Assembly (NCBI GenBank): GCA_964592955.1 | Contig: CAZQIJ010000001.1 | Span: 1-40,206, forward strand | From: an uncultured Anaerolineaceae bacterium | GTDB taxonomy: Bacteria; Chloroflexota; Anaerolineae; Aggregatilineales; Phototrophicaceae | Length of the DNA: 40,206 nt | Reading direction: 5' to 3' | Shown here: positions 1 to 8,878 of the stretch, in pieces | How positions within the stretch are numbered: position 1 is the stretch's first letter | How the letters are laid out: each line of letters begins with the position of its first letter | Notes under the pieces: model-generated | Database searches by the model: none | What the model was told of the DNA's origin: nothing | The model's input: the letters and a program-made list of their open reading frames with translations, nothing else | Position numbers and translations under genes: made by a program

Positions 1-1
1 C

Positions 2-544
2 CTGGTGACGAGTGATATCACGTATTGGATGAATGTCCCGTTCGACACAGCAGAAGCGGTCAAGCTCCAGCGCGGGCATGCGCTGGCGCGGGGCGTTCAC
101 CCTGGTGAAACCTTTCTGGTCGAACCTTTTGGCGACGGTCTGCCGATTGAGGTGAAGCGGGCCGAACTGGCCGATGTCATCGAAGCGCGCATCGAAGAGA
201 TCTTCGAGAAGGTGCAGCAGGAAATCAAGCGTTCTGGCTACGATGGACTGCTGCGCGCTGGGGCGGTGGTTACGGGTGGGTGTTCGCAGTTGCCGGGGGT
301 TAAGGAAGTGGCATCGCGGGTGCTGGGCGTGCCGGTACGGCTGGCAAAACCAGAGAAAATCACAGGGATGGCCGATGCGCTGCGAAGCCCCTCGTTCAGT
401 ACCAGTGTTGGGCTGCTGCGCCTGGGTCTGCAAATGGATCCGATTGCGCCGCCGGTGACCAACGGAACAACTGCGCCCACGGGGGCCAAGCTTGGCCAGA
501 TGTTGGGCAATCTGTTCAAGCGCCTGCTGCCCGGTGACGAATAG
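2..544 (+). CDS. ftsA: Cell division protein FtsA, C-terminal fragment (5' end lies outside the window)
   Basis: The ORF is open to the left edge. The translation has the actin-like FtsA core 'AGAVVTGGCSQLPGVKEVASRVLGVPVRLAKPE' and a basic/amphipathic tail 'LGNLFKRLLPG'. It lies upstream of ftsZ, as in dcw clusters. Confidence 0.85.
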   Translation: MVTSDITYWMNVPFDTAEAVKLQRGHALARGVHPGETFLVEPFGDGLPIEVKRAELADVIEARIEEIFEKVQQEIKRSGYDGLLRAGAVVTGGCSQLPGVKEVASRVLGVPVRLAKPEKITGMADALRSPSFSTSVGLLRLGLQMDPIAPPVTNGTTAPTGAKLGQMLGNLFKRLLPGDE

Positions 545-998
545 CACCGTAGTGCGCAGGCGATGCCAACGGATGCGAATACTTGCAGCTCATGGCAAGT
601 GACGTGATGGAAAGAAACCTGCTTGCGGCAGCTTTACGCCCATACCTGTAAAGACTCTGCCCTGCCTCAGTGTGAAGCCCTCATGCCCCTTCACCGCGCA
701 GTGAGAGAAAAGGGTGAACCGCAGGCCAGAAAGTACCTGGCCCTGCGTGGGTGTGAGGGCAAAGCTGCCTGAATAGGTACAACGGACCCAACGGGTGACG
801 CGCGGCACTGCGCCACGACGCGCCTGCCCCCACACGCCGCTGGCTGAAGCCCGTCTGTAAGATTATGCTGGGTCATCCTACCCATTCTTCCCGGAACAGC
901 CGCCCTGGTTGGCGTCCACTTGCCGTATGCCCGGATTGAGTCTAAGATTAGGGGTAGGTGGGGCTAATCGAAAGTCCTATTTACCATTTTGGTCGTGG

Positions 999-1026
999 TT
1001 GCTAATCTGGCGTCCCAAACTACAAT
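999..1026 (+). promoter_or_regulatory. Candidate sigma-70-type promoter directly upstream of ftsZ
   Basis: TTGCTA (999-1004), a 16 nt spacer, then TACAAT (1021-1026). The predicted TSS is near 1033. Pattern match only. Confidence 0.35.
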
Positions 1027-1077
1027 ATGCAGTAAATGAGCGTCTTTATGGCGTTTTCGAAAGGGTCAGGGATCGAT

Positions 1078-2292
1078 ATGGATGAACTGTTCACACCAGG
1101 GGAAAGTTTTGCACAGATCAAGGTTGTCGGTGTCGGCGGCGGCGGTGGTAATGCGGTCAACCGCATGATCAACGAAGGTTTGGGCGGGATCGAGTTCATC
1201 ACCGTCAATACCGACAATCAGGCGCTGCTGATGTCTAAGTCCCCGGTCCGTGTGCGCATTGGGGATAAACTGACGCGTGGCTTAGGCGCTGGCGGCAATC
1301 CTGAAATCGGGCGAAAGGCTGCCGAAGAAAGCGCAGATGACCTTTATGAGGTGCTGCGCGGGGCAGATATGGTCTTTATCGCCAGCGGGATGGGCGGTGG
1401 CACAGGCACCGGTGCTTCGCCTGTCATTGCCCAGATTGCGAAGGAACTGGGCGCGCTGACGATTGGCGTGGTAACACGTCCGTTCAGCTTTGAAGGTCCA
1501 CGACGCCAGCAGTCTGCCGAAAACGGCATCGAGGCGCTGAAGAGCCAGGTCGATACCCTGATCGTGATTCCCAACGACCGTTTGCTGCAGGTGGCGCACA
1601 AGAATGCAACACTCCAGCAGGCGTTTTCACTGGCAGATGATGTGCTGCGGCAGGGTATTCAGGGGATTTCGGAACTGATTACCGTCCCGGCGCTGATTAA
1701 CCTGGACTTCGCCGATGTGCGCACCATTATGTCTGAGGGGGGCGCAGCGCTGATGGCGGTCGGACGTTCCAGCGGCGATGACCGTGCCCGCCGTGCGGCA
1801 GAGATGGCCATCAGCAGCGGTCTGCTGGATGTGACCATCGATGGCGCGCGCGGTATTCTGTTCAATATCACAGGGGGTTCAGACCTGAGCCTGTTCGAGG
1901 TCAACGAAGCCGCAGCCATCATCAAAGACAGCGCACACCCGGATGTCAACCTGATCTTCGGTGCACAGATTGACGACAGCATGGGCGACGAGGTGCGGAT
2001 TACCGTGATTGCGACGGGTTTTGAGCAAAGCCGGGTTGCGCGCAAGATGGAGCAGCCCAGTTCACTGCGCCCCTCGCAGTCTGCCCAGTCGATGCAGCGC
2101 CAGTCTCAGCCGCAGCAGGTTCAGCGGCCCGCCGCGCCGCATCAATCTCAGCCCGTGCCAGCACAACCGCCGCAGCCAACGCAGCCGGTGCAGCAGCCCC
2201 CCCCACCCACGCCCACACAGCCCGATTCGCCGTCGCGCGTCTATGATGAAGATGACATCAATCTGCCGGCCTTCCTGCGCAAACGGCGTTAA
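1078..2292 (+). CDS. ftsZ: Cell division GTPase FtsZ
   Basis: '[18 protein letters not shown]' and the tubulin signature '[13 protein letters not shown]' are present. A long P/Q-rich linker leads to the conserved C-terminal peptide '[13 protein letters not shown]'. The ORF opens at ATG 1036. I prefer ATG 1078 because CAGGGA lies 7 nt upstream, the candidate -10 sits at 1021-1026, and about 13 residues before the IKV motif is usual. The start is uncertain. Confidence 0.95.
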   Translation: MDELFTPGESFAQIKVVGVGGGGGNAVNRMINEGLGGIEFITVNTDNQALLMSKSPVRVRIGDKLTRGLGAGGNPEIGRKAAEESADDLYEVLRGADMVFIASGMGGGTGTGASPVIAQIAKELGALTIGVVTRPFSFEGPRRQQSAENGIEALKSQVDTLIVIPNDRLLQVAHKNATLQQAFSLADDVLRQGIQGISELITVPALINLDFADVRTIMSEGGAALMAVGRSSGDDRARRAAEMAISSGLLDVTIDGARGILFNITGGSDLSLFEVNEAAAIIKDSAHPDVNLIFGAQIDDSMGDEVRITVIATGFEQSRVARKMEQPSSLRPSQSAQSMQRQSQPQQVQRPAAPHQSQPVPAQPPQPTQPVQQPPPPTPTQPDSPSRVYDEDDINLPAFLRKRR

Positions 2293-2385
2293 CTGTAAAT
2301 CACGCATCGTTGGGGCAGCGCGGCGGCAGTGCCGCCTGCCTTCCACGAACACTGCTCACCCCTTCAGCAGCGAAAGAGGCGCTGT

Positions 2386-2420
2386 TTACAGCGCCTCCGC
2401 AGTATTTTGTCTCACTCAGC
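2386..2420. terminator. Hairpin terminator between convergent ftsZ and the secreted-protein gene
   Basis: GAGGCGCTG (2386-2394), TTTA loop, CAGCGCCTC (2399-2407), giving a perfect 9 bp stem. ATTTTGT follows on the + strand and TTTCG follows on the - strand. Confidence 0.6.
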
Positions 2421-2459
2421 CAACTACAAACGCAACTGGCAAACGCCCGATGACGCGAA

Positions 2460-3488
2460 CTACCGAATACCGTTGCCCTCAGATGCGGCCGCAGCACCCG
2501 GAGCCGGGTACCACCCGCCTGCCTCGAACCGGACAGCCGGACCATCCCCGACATTTGTCGCCACCATCAGCACAATGTCATCCACCAACAGCGTTCCCGA
2601 CCCGACCTTGTTGATGGCAAGACTGATGCTGGTTACATTGTCAGGAAGCAGCAGCGATGGCGCAAACACCTGCTGGTATGCGTAATCCCCGGCGGGAACG
2701 GTCAGCGTGACGGTTTCCGTGAGCGCCGTGCTGAACTTCACGGTCGCAGTAATCGTGTTACCCGAAGCGACCCCGGTTCCCTGAAGCCATGCAGAGAGGC
2801 GCAGTTCGTCACCAGCTTCTGCAACGGGGATATTCTTCCATTTCTGGCTCAGGCTTCCCGAACCCTTCAGACGGAACGCACAGTCCCCGGTGTGTGCCAC
2901 GGTTTCAACTTCGCTGTCGCATACGCGGCGGTCGTTACCCTCAGTCACAGTCCATTTCAGCGGCAGTTGGGCAGAAGTCCCCGCAGTTTCAAACCCGCCA
3001 TTCTGCGCGCGCTGGTAAATTGGGCCAGAGGATTGGCTCTGAATGGAGCCGGAATTGCATTTCGTTAAGACAACGCGCGATTCCCAAACATACTGTCCAT
3101 CAGGTGCGACAAGAATTGAGGTGACAGTGACGGGCTGGTCTGCGGGGATCGGCCACGTACCCGTTATCGGACCACCAGATTCGTTATCGAAAAGACCCCA
3201 AGTACTCAAGTATGCATCCGGCCCAATGAACCCGCCAGCAGCCTCGTTCATATAAAGCGTCGTGCCCACAGAGGCCGTTGTCAGAACAGTGTATAAACCA
3301 GGGTCAGCAAGTGCGAATACCGCATTGAAAAACGTTTCACCAGTGTTGCACCCGGTACTATCGAGAGACGCGAACGTGAAGACCGAGATGTTTGCTGCGG
3401 ATGCAGGCATCACTGCCAGCAGGACCAGTATGCCCATCAGCAGGGCAATTGTCGCAGAGCGACGGAACTTGACAATAGACTTTGACAT
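2460..3488 (-). CDS. Secreted hypothetical protein with a C-terminal CBM4_9-like jelly-roll domain
   Basis: N-terminal signal peptide 'IALLMGILVLLAVMPASA/AN'. The C-terminal half ('NGGFE..LPLKWTV..AHTGDCAFRLKG..ELRLSAWLQG..LLVDDIVL') resembles carbohydrate-binding jelly-roll modules. No closer family was recognised. Confidence 0.7.
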   Translation of the reverse strand: MSKSIVKFRRSATIALLMGILVLLAVMPASAANISVFTFASLDSTGCNTGETFFNAVFALADPGLYTVLTTASVGTTLYMNEAAGGFIGPDAYLSTWGLFDNESGGPITGTWPIPADQPVTVTSILVAPDGQYVWESRVVLTKCNSGSIQSQSSGPIYQRAQNGGFETAGTSAQLPLKWTVTEGNDRRVCDSEVETVAHTGDCAFRLKGSGSLSQKWKNIPVAEAGDELRLSAWLQGTGVASGNTITATVKFSTALTETVTLTVPAGDYAYQQVFAPSLLLPDNVTSISLAINKVGSGTLLVDDIVLMVATNVGDGPAVRFEAGGWYPAPGAAAASEGNGIR

Positions 3489-3754
3489 GAACAGATCCTT
3501 GTGTGCTAATAGGTTGGAGGATGGTGATACGCTGAAGGTTCACCCAGTTTCATTATACGCATCTCGCGGATTCGCGCTTGGCAGGCAGGTTGCCACAGGG
3601 CCAGTCTGCTGAGCTGCACGCCGTTTCATCTCTTTTCGCCGCGCGGACCACCATGCGCACACTCTCTTCAGTCTATCACTTTCATTAAAGCTGTAATTTA
3701 AATCCGCTTGATATGCTCCCCGCATCACCAAGTAACCAAGATGGAGTAGAACCA

Positions 3755-4375
3755 ATGGCAGAAACACTGGTAGCAATGTACGACGATTTCAACACCGCGC
3801 GTGATGTGGTTGAAGATCTGGTTGAAATCGGCTTCGATCGCAACAACATCAGCATTGTCGCAAACGACACCACCGGGGAATATGGCCGTACCCTGCGCGA
3901 TCAGAACAACATGGATGTCACCAGCGTAGAAGATGTGAAGGCGGGCGAAGGCGCTGGTTTCGGCGCAGTGGTGGGTACCCTGGTTGGCCTGGGTGCTGCG
4001 GTCATTCCGGGTGTGGGCCCGGTGCTGGCGGCTGGCCCTGCCTGGGCAGCGCTGTTTGCCGGCATCGGCGCAGCCACCGGCGCGGTGACAGGTGGCGCGG
4101 CTGCCGCGCTGATCGACCTGGGCATTCCCGAAGACGAAGCAGGCTATTACCTGGAAGGCGTCCGCCGCGGTAGCACACTGGTTCTGGTGGCGGCCAATAC
4201 CGACCTCGAAGAAACGCGCGCACGTGATGTGATCAACCGCCACAACCCGGTGGATGTTCACACGCGTGGCAGCCAGTACCGCGATGCCGGTTGGACGGGT
4301 TACGATGTGAACGCGGGACCCTACACCACAGATCAGATCCGTGAAGAGCGCAATCGTTACGGCGGCACCCGCTAA
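3755..4375 (+). CDS. YflT/DUF1269-like general stress protein with a glycine-zipper membrane segment
   Basis: N-terminal 'VAMYDDFNTARDVVEDLVEIGFDRNNISIV', a central G/A-rich zipper 'GAVVGTLVGLGAAVIPGVGPVLAAG', and 'DLGIPEDEAGYYLEGVRRGSTLVLV'. The ORF opens at 3713, but ATG 3755 has GGAG 9 nt upstream. Confidence 0.7.
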   Translation: MAETLVAMYDDFNTARDVVEDLVEIGFDRNNISIVANDTTGEYGRTLRDQNNMDVTSVEDVKAGEGAGFGAVVGTLVGLGAAVIPGVGPVLAAGPAWAALFAGIGAATGAVTGGAAAALIDLGIPEDEAGYYLEGVRRGSTLVLVAANTDLEETRARDVINRHNPVDVHTRGSQYRDAGWTGYDVNAGPYTTDQIREERNRYGGTR

Positions 4376-4389
4376 ACCAAACAGGGGTA

Positions 4390-4418
4390 ACAGCGGGGGG
4401 GTATACTGCCCCCGCTGT
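4390..4418. terminator. Hairpin between convergent genes
   Basis: ACAGCGGGGG (4390-4399) pairs with CCCCCGCTGT (4409-4418), a 10 bp stem with a 9 nt loop. There is no clear U-tract. Confidence 0.45.
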
Positions 4419-4424
4419 CCTTCC

Positions 4425-5489
4425 TCAGCGAAGGATCTGGCGCAGTTTGCGCAGCATGTTGCCGCTGAAGATCGCTTCGATGTCCGCTTCAGCATATCCT
4501 CGACCGCGCAGCACATCCCCCAGCAGAAGTAAATCGGCTGTCGTATCCAGCTCGTGCGGGATGCTTTGATAGCCAAAACCACCATCGAAATCGCTGCCGA
4601 TGCCCACATGTGCCGCGCTGCCGGTTAGCTGGCAAACATAGTCGATGACATCCGCCACCGTGTGCAGCGTGACCTCACTTTTAGCATCGCCTTTGGTCCA
4701 GGTGGGGCTGAGGAAGCGGTTATAGAGCACCGTCCCCATCACCCCATCGCGCTCCGCCAACAGCCGAATCATGCCATCTGAGAGGTGCCGGTCGGTGTCG
4801 CGGAACTTGCGCGGGTTGCTGTGGCTGGCGATCACGACGCCATCGTAAAGATCGAGGGCTTCGAAAAACGCCACTTCCGCCATGTGCGAGACGTCAAGCA
4901 TGGCACCAAAGCCCGCCATGACCTCCAGCAGTTCACGTCCCAACCGTGTGAGGCCGCCAGGCGCGCCTGTACCGCCGCTGTAACGGGTATGGTTCCAGGC
5001 GGGGCCCACCACACGTACCCCGCGTTCATACCATTCCTCAAACTGGCGCGGCTCCAGAATAGGATCGGCACCTTCCATCAGGATCACAAGCCCCTGCCTG
5101 CGATCCGTAATGTTCTTACCAGAATCCCAGGTTGCAAGCACTTCGTCCAGGTCAGCGGCGCTGCGCACAAGGCTCACGCGCGGGCTTTCATCTGCGAGGC
5201 GGTTGTAATAATCCATCTGGCGCATGGCCTCATCATAGGCTTCGCCCGGGGTCGCGTAGACAGGCTCTGGCCAGGGCGGAGACCAGTTCTCGGCATCTTT
5301 AGGCGCAACGAACAGCGTGGCAAAGACCAGGGCGACGCGCCCGGCAAGCGATTCGGGCAGCCCAAGCGTGGCTCCTGGCCAGCGTGGATCGGTTTCTGAC
5401 AGGCGAGTTTTCAGCGCACTGCGGCGGTAATCGCGCCCAAAACAGAGGGCGTTGTAGGCAATATCCTGGTGAGCATCCAAAATAATCAT
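4425..5489 (-). CDS. Membrane dipeptidase, peptidase family M19
   Basis: 'IILDAHQDIAYN' at the N-terminus and 'HVGIGSDFDGGFG' near the C-terminus are typical renal-dipeptidase-family motifs. Confidence 0.85.
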   Translation of the reverse strand: MIILDAHQDIAYNALCFGRDYRRSALKTRLSETDPRWPGATLGLPESLAGRVALVFATLFVAPKDAENWSPPWPEPVYATPGEAYDEAMRQMDYYNRLADESPRVSLVRSAADLDEVLATWDSGKNITDRRQGLVILMEGADPILEPRQFEEWYERGVRVVGPAWNHTRYSGGTGAPGGLTRLGRELLEVMAGFGAMLDVSHMAEVAFFEALDLYDGVVIASHSNPRKFRDTDRHLSDGMIRLLAERDGVMGTVLYNRFLSPTWTKGDAKSEVTLHTVADVIDYVCQLTGSAAHVGIGSDFDGGFGYQSIPHELDTTADLLLLGDVLRGRGYAEADIEAIFSGNMLRKLRQILR

Positions 5490-5616
5490 CGTCTATTCTC
5501 CTGCAGCGTGCGCAACCGGCTGCGTGCGGTGGGTATTCCGAAGGCAGAACACACCTTTTCTCATATTATAACGGGTCTGGCGGCGAAAAATTAATCGTTT
5601 TGCAAGGTTTCGGCAT

Positions 5617-7326
5617 GTGCTGTCGTTTATACTGTCTGTGAGTGTGTTAATGGAGCAGATCATGGTGGTGCCAATGAAAGAGAAGTTGTTGTATCCGAGA
5701 CTCGTTACCGGGTTTATCGCAGCCGCGCTGATCACAGCCCCGATCATCGCGCTGTTTTTCGTAGGTGATGTGCTGGCCGGGCTGCCGCTGGTACCGTTCT
5801 CGCTGATGGATTTTGCGGCGCGGAATCTGCCCGGTGACGTCATCACCTTCGGGATTGATTCGATGGTGACGGTCATTCGCGGGTTGAACCTGGGGCCGAC
5901 GGATCAGGTTGCCAAACTGGCAGAACAGACGATGGGGGTTCTTGGTCTGTTTGCGCTGGGTACGCTGTTGGGCGGGCTGCTGTTTCTGGCGCTGCGCCGT
6001 GTGGAAAACCGCCAAACGCGCTTCATGATTGGGCTGGGGACCGGCGCTGTGTTAGGTGGGGTGCTGGCGCTGCTGGTGCTGCGTGTGGATTTTGCCGCAA
6101 CTGCCGCCCCTGAAGTGAGCGCGGTGTGGATTATTGGGGTATTTGCGGCGTGGGGCTATGCCCTTAGCTGGGTCTTCAACGATCTGGTCACGCTCCCGGC
6201 GACGAAATCCGAGGCGGCCAGCGGCGTCACCCAGTTGGACCGGCGCGAATTCCTGGTGCGCGTTGGCGGCGCAACTGCCGTGCTGACCGTGCTCGGTGCC
6301 GGTGTGCGGTTGGTTTCCCAGCCCGGCGAAGAAACCGCGCAACCCATCGCGCGGACGACCGATCCTGGCGCTGGCGCTGCTGACGAAGTCGTCTCTGGCG
6401 TGCCAGGGCTGGACTCTGACGGCAAACTGAAACCGGCACCGGGGACACGCCCCGAATACACGCCGCTGGAAGATCACTACCGTATCGACATCAGCACGCG
6501 TCCACCGGTCATTGACGGTGCAAGCTGGGCGCTGCCCATCACCGGGCTGGTCGCCAATCCAGTCATGCTGACGCTGGATGATTTCCGTAATAATTATGAG
6601 TCGCAGGACGTTATTGTAACGATGTCTTGCATCTCCAACCGCTTGGGCGGTGACCTCATCAGCACGACACGCTGGACCGGGGTGAGCGTGCAGCAGATTC
6701 TTGAGACGATCCAGCCGCTGGAAAATGGCCGCTTCATGCGCATCACCTCTGCCGATGGGTTCGATGAAGTCATGGAAATCGCACTGGCAGAAAATGACAG
6801 TACGGTCATGTTCGCTTATGAATGGGATGGCCAACCGTTAACGGAGGCGCATGGTTTCCCGCTGCGCATTCATATTCCGAATCGGTTCGGCATGAAGCAG
6901 CCCAAATGGATCACCAGTATCGAGATCATCGAAGACTGGGAAGAGGGGTATTGGGTACGGCGTGGATGGTCACAGGAGGCCATTGTGCGCACGACCTCTG
7001 TTGTCGATACCATCGCGGTCGAACAGAGCTATGAGGCCGATGGCCAGACGTTTATCCCGGTGGGGGGCATTGCCTGGGCCTCCAAGCGGGGCATCTCCAA
7101 AGTGGAGGTCAGCGTCGATGATGGCGAATGGGTGGAAGCGCAGCTCCGTGAGCCGCTCTCAGATCGCAGTTGGGTGGTTTGGCGCTACGACTGGCCTTTT
7201 GCAGAGGGGCGGCATACCTTTGCGGTGCGCGCTTATGACGGCACAGAAACCCTGCAAATTCTGGACGTTAACCCGGTGCGGCCGGATGGCGCAACCGGCG
7301 TTCATAACCTTTCGCGCAGCGTTTGA
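5617..7326 (+). CDS. Molybdopterin-dependent (sulfite-oxidase/YedY-family) oxidoreductase fused to an N-terminal polytopic membrane region
   Basis: Moco-domain motifs 'VTMSCISNRLGG' (Mo-ligand Cys) and 'HGFPLRIHIPNRFGMKQPKWITSIEI', plus an Ig-like dimerisation-type C-terminus. The N-terminal ~200 aa are hydrophobic helices. The start is uncertain (GTG 5617, ATG 5650/5662/5674). Confidence 0.85.
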   Translation: MLSFILSVSVLMEQIMVVPMKEKLLYPRLVTGFIAAALITAPIIALFFVGDVLAGLPLVPFSLMDFAARNLPGDVITFGIDSMVTVIRGLNLGPTDQVAKLAEQTMGVLGLFALGTLLGGLLFLALRRVENRQTRFMIGLGTGAVLGGVLALLVLRVDFAATAAPEVSAVWIIGVFAAWGYALSWVFNDLVTLPATKSEAASGVTQLDRREFLVRVGGATAVLTVLGAGVRLVSQPGEETAQPIARTTDPGAGAADEVVSGVPGLDSDGKLKPAPGTRPEYTPLEDHYRIDISTRPPVIDGASWALPITGLVANPVMLTLDDFRNNYESQDVIVTMSCISNRLGGDLISTTRWTGVSVQQILETIQPLENGRFMRITSADGFDEVMEIALAENDSTVMFAYEWDGQPLTEAHGFPLRIHIPNRFGMKQPKWITSIEIIEDWEEGYWVRRGWSQEAIVRTTSVVDTIAVEQSYEADGQTFIPVGGIAWASKRGISKVEVSVDDGEWVEAQLREPLSDRSWVVWRYDWPFAEGRHTFAVRAYDGTETLQILDVNPVRPDGATGVHNLSRSV

Positions 7327-7343
7327 TCTGAATCAGCTTTAGC

Positions 7344-7376
7344 AAACGCGGGCCGCCAACGGCCCGCGTTTCGGTT
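7344..7376. terminator. Rho-independent-type terminator between convergent genes
   Basis: AAACGCGGGCCG (7344-7355), CCAA loop, CGGCCCGCGTTT (7360-7371), a perfect 12 bp stem. TCGGTT follows. Confidence 0.7.
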
Positions 7377-7434
7377 GTGGTGACGCGCGCTAATGGATCA
7401 ACGCATTGAAATCCGCCGGATTTTGTAGCGGACG

Positions 7435-7464
7435 AGGCGGGGCTCGTCCGCTACGATTGTGCGT
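7435..7464. terminator. Second strong hairpin in the same convergent spacer
   Basis: GTAGCGGACGAG (7435-7446) pairs with CTCGTCCGCTAC (7453-7464), a 12 bp stem with a 6 nt loop. TTTT precedes it on + (AAAA follows on -), so its terminator function is unclear. Confidence 0.4.
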
Positions 7465-7563
7465 ATTCGTTTTGGTTTGTCCATAAGTACAGCCAAAGAA
7501 AAAGTGTTGGATGGCGTCCAGTAAATTGACGCAGAACATCCTACAGGATTTATCTGTCTGTAC

Positions 7564-8751
7564 TTAGAGCTGGAGTGCGGGCTGCAGGTAACCGTGCCGC
7601 TGCAGAAAACGGGCGATGCGTTCCAGCGCCTGTTCGATGTTGTCGTCACTGTTGGTATAGCTGGCGCGGATGAACCCGGTGCCGCTGACGCCGAAGGCGC
7701 TGCCGGGAACGGCGGCGACGCGGTCTTCCCGCAGCAGCAGTTCGCAAAAGGTTTCATCGCTGAGCCCGGTGTGGGCTACAGAAGGGAACGCATAGAACGC
7801 GCCGCGCGGCTCAAAACACGCCAAGCCCATGTGGTTAAATCCGTCCACGATGGTACGGCGGCGGCGGTCATAGCTGGCCCGCATATGTTCCACGTCCGGG
7901 TCACCAAACTGAAGCGCCTGCACCGCTGCAAACTGTGCGGTTGTGGGTGCAGACATAATCAGGTACTGGTGGAGCTTGCGCATCGCGTCCATAATCTCTG
8001 CGGGCGCAGTGGCATAACCGATTCGCCATCCGGTCATCGCATACGATTTGCTCATGCCGCTGAGGACGATCGTTCGTTCCACCATGCCGGGCAGCGTGGC
8101 AAAACTGATGTGCTGGTGACCGTTATAGATCAGACGTTCGTAGATCTCGTCAGAAATCACCACCAGATCGTATTTCGCCGCGACCTGTGCGATTTCCAGC
8201 AGGCGTTCACGGGTGAGAACTGCGCCGGTAGGATTATTCGGATAGCTGATCAGAACCGCTTTTGTGCGCGGGGAGATCTTCGCTTCCAGGTCTGCACCGG
8301 TCACCTGAAAGGCATTGCTGACGTGCGTTTGCACCATGACCGGGATCCCGCCTGCCATCTCGACTGCGGCGGGATTAGCCACGAAACACGGTTCGACCAC
8401 CAGCACTTCATCGCCGGGATCGAGGATCGCTTTCAGCGCGAGCCACAGCGCTTCGCTGACGCCAACGGTCACGAGAATCTGATTCTGTGGGCTGTAGTAC
8501 AGGCCATACAGCCGCTCAATGTGGTGACTGATGGTCTCGCGGAGTTCCAGTGTTCCAGAGTTATTGGTGTAGCCGGTATAACCGGCGCGCAGAGACTCAA
8601 TCCCTTTTTCGGTGATATGCTGCGGGGTGGTAAAATCGGGCTCACCGATGCCCAGCGTTATCACGTCTTCCATCGTCGCCGCAATATCAAAGTAGCGGCG
8701 GATGCCGGACGGGCGCAATTTTTGGACGCTTTGCGCGACAAAGTTTCGCAT
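7564..8751 (-). CDS. Class I/II PLP-dependent aminotransferase (aspartate/aromatic type)
   Basis: 'LGIGEPDFTTP', 'YPNNPTGAV' and the PLP-lysine motif 'SGMSKSYAMTGWRIGY'. Confidence 0.9.
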   Translation of the reverse strand: MRNFVAQSVQKLRPSGIRRYFDIAATMEDVITLGIGEPDFTTPQHITEKGIESLRAGYTGYTNNSGTLELRETISHHIERLYGLYYSPQNQILVTVGVSEALWLALKAILDPGDEVLVVEPCFVANPAAVEMAGGIPVMVQTHVSNAFQVTGADLEAKISPRTKAVLISYPNNPTGAVLTRERLLEIAQVAAKYDLVVISDEIYERLIYNGHQHISFATLPGMVERTIVLSGMSKSYAMTGWRIGYATAPAEIMDAMRKLHQYLIMSAPTTAQFAAVQALQFGDPDVEHMRASYDRRRRTIVDGFNHMGLACFEPRGAFYAFPSVAHTGLSDETFCELLLREDRVAAVPGSAFGVSGTGFIRASYTNSDDNIEQALERIARFLQRHGYLQPALQL

Positions 8752-8878
8752 AAAAGCCTGACTTTCATTGTAAACAACGTCTACCGTTTATGGTATTCTA
8801 ACGGCAAATGTGGGAATTCGCATCGGTGCGCAAGCGGTAAATCCCTTTTCGCCAGTTGTACAGACTGTAGGAAACATC

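Noticed and set aside
590-885. Two overlapping minus-strand ORFs (81 and 64 aa) in the ftsA-ftsZ spacer.
   Set aside because: They are Arg/Gly/Pro-rich with no SD or start context, and they overlap each other in different frames. More likely this is non-coding DNA.
700-990. RNase P RNA-like snippets (AAGGGTGAA at about 710, CAAAGCTGCCTGAATAGG at about 760, GAAAGTCC at about 971).
   Set aside because: The GAAAGTCC (P4 5' strand) motif would have to precede the GGGTGAA region, but here the order is reversed. The other universally conserved P4 3' strand was not found. The resemblance is probably fortuitous.
2009-2685. ORFs of 201 and 118 aa on the + strand running from the ftsZ 3' end into the next gene.
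   Set aside because: They are out-of-frame readings of the P/Q-rich FtsZ linker and antisense to the secreted-protein gene. A terminator at 2386-2420 interrupts them.
3725-4609. A 294 aa minus-strand ORF. Similar long antisense ORFs occur at 33674-34558, 18648-19523, 19570-20400, 26730-27449, 11437-12393, 13603-14439 and 6052-6834.
   Set aside because: Each lies opposite a frame with clear family motifs or a far more protein-like sequence. I treat them as GC-driven shadow ORFs.
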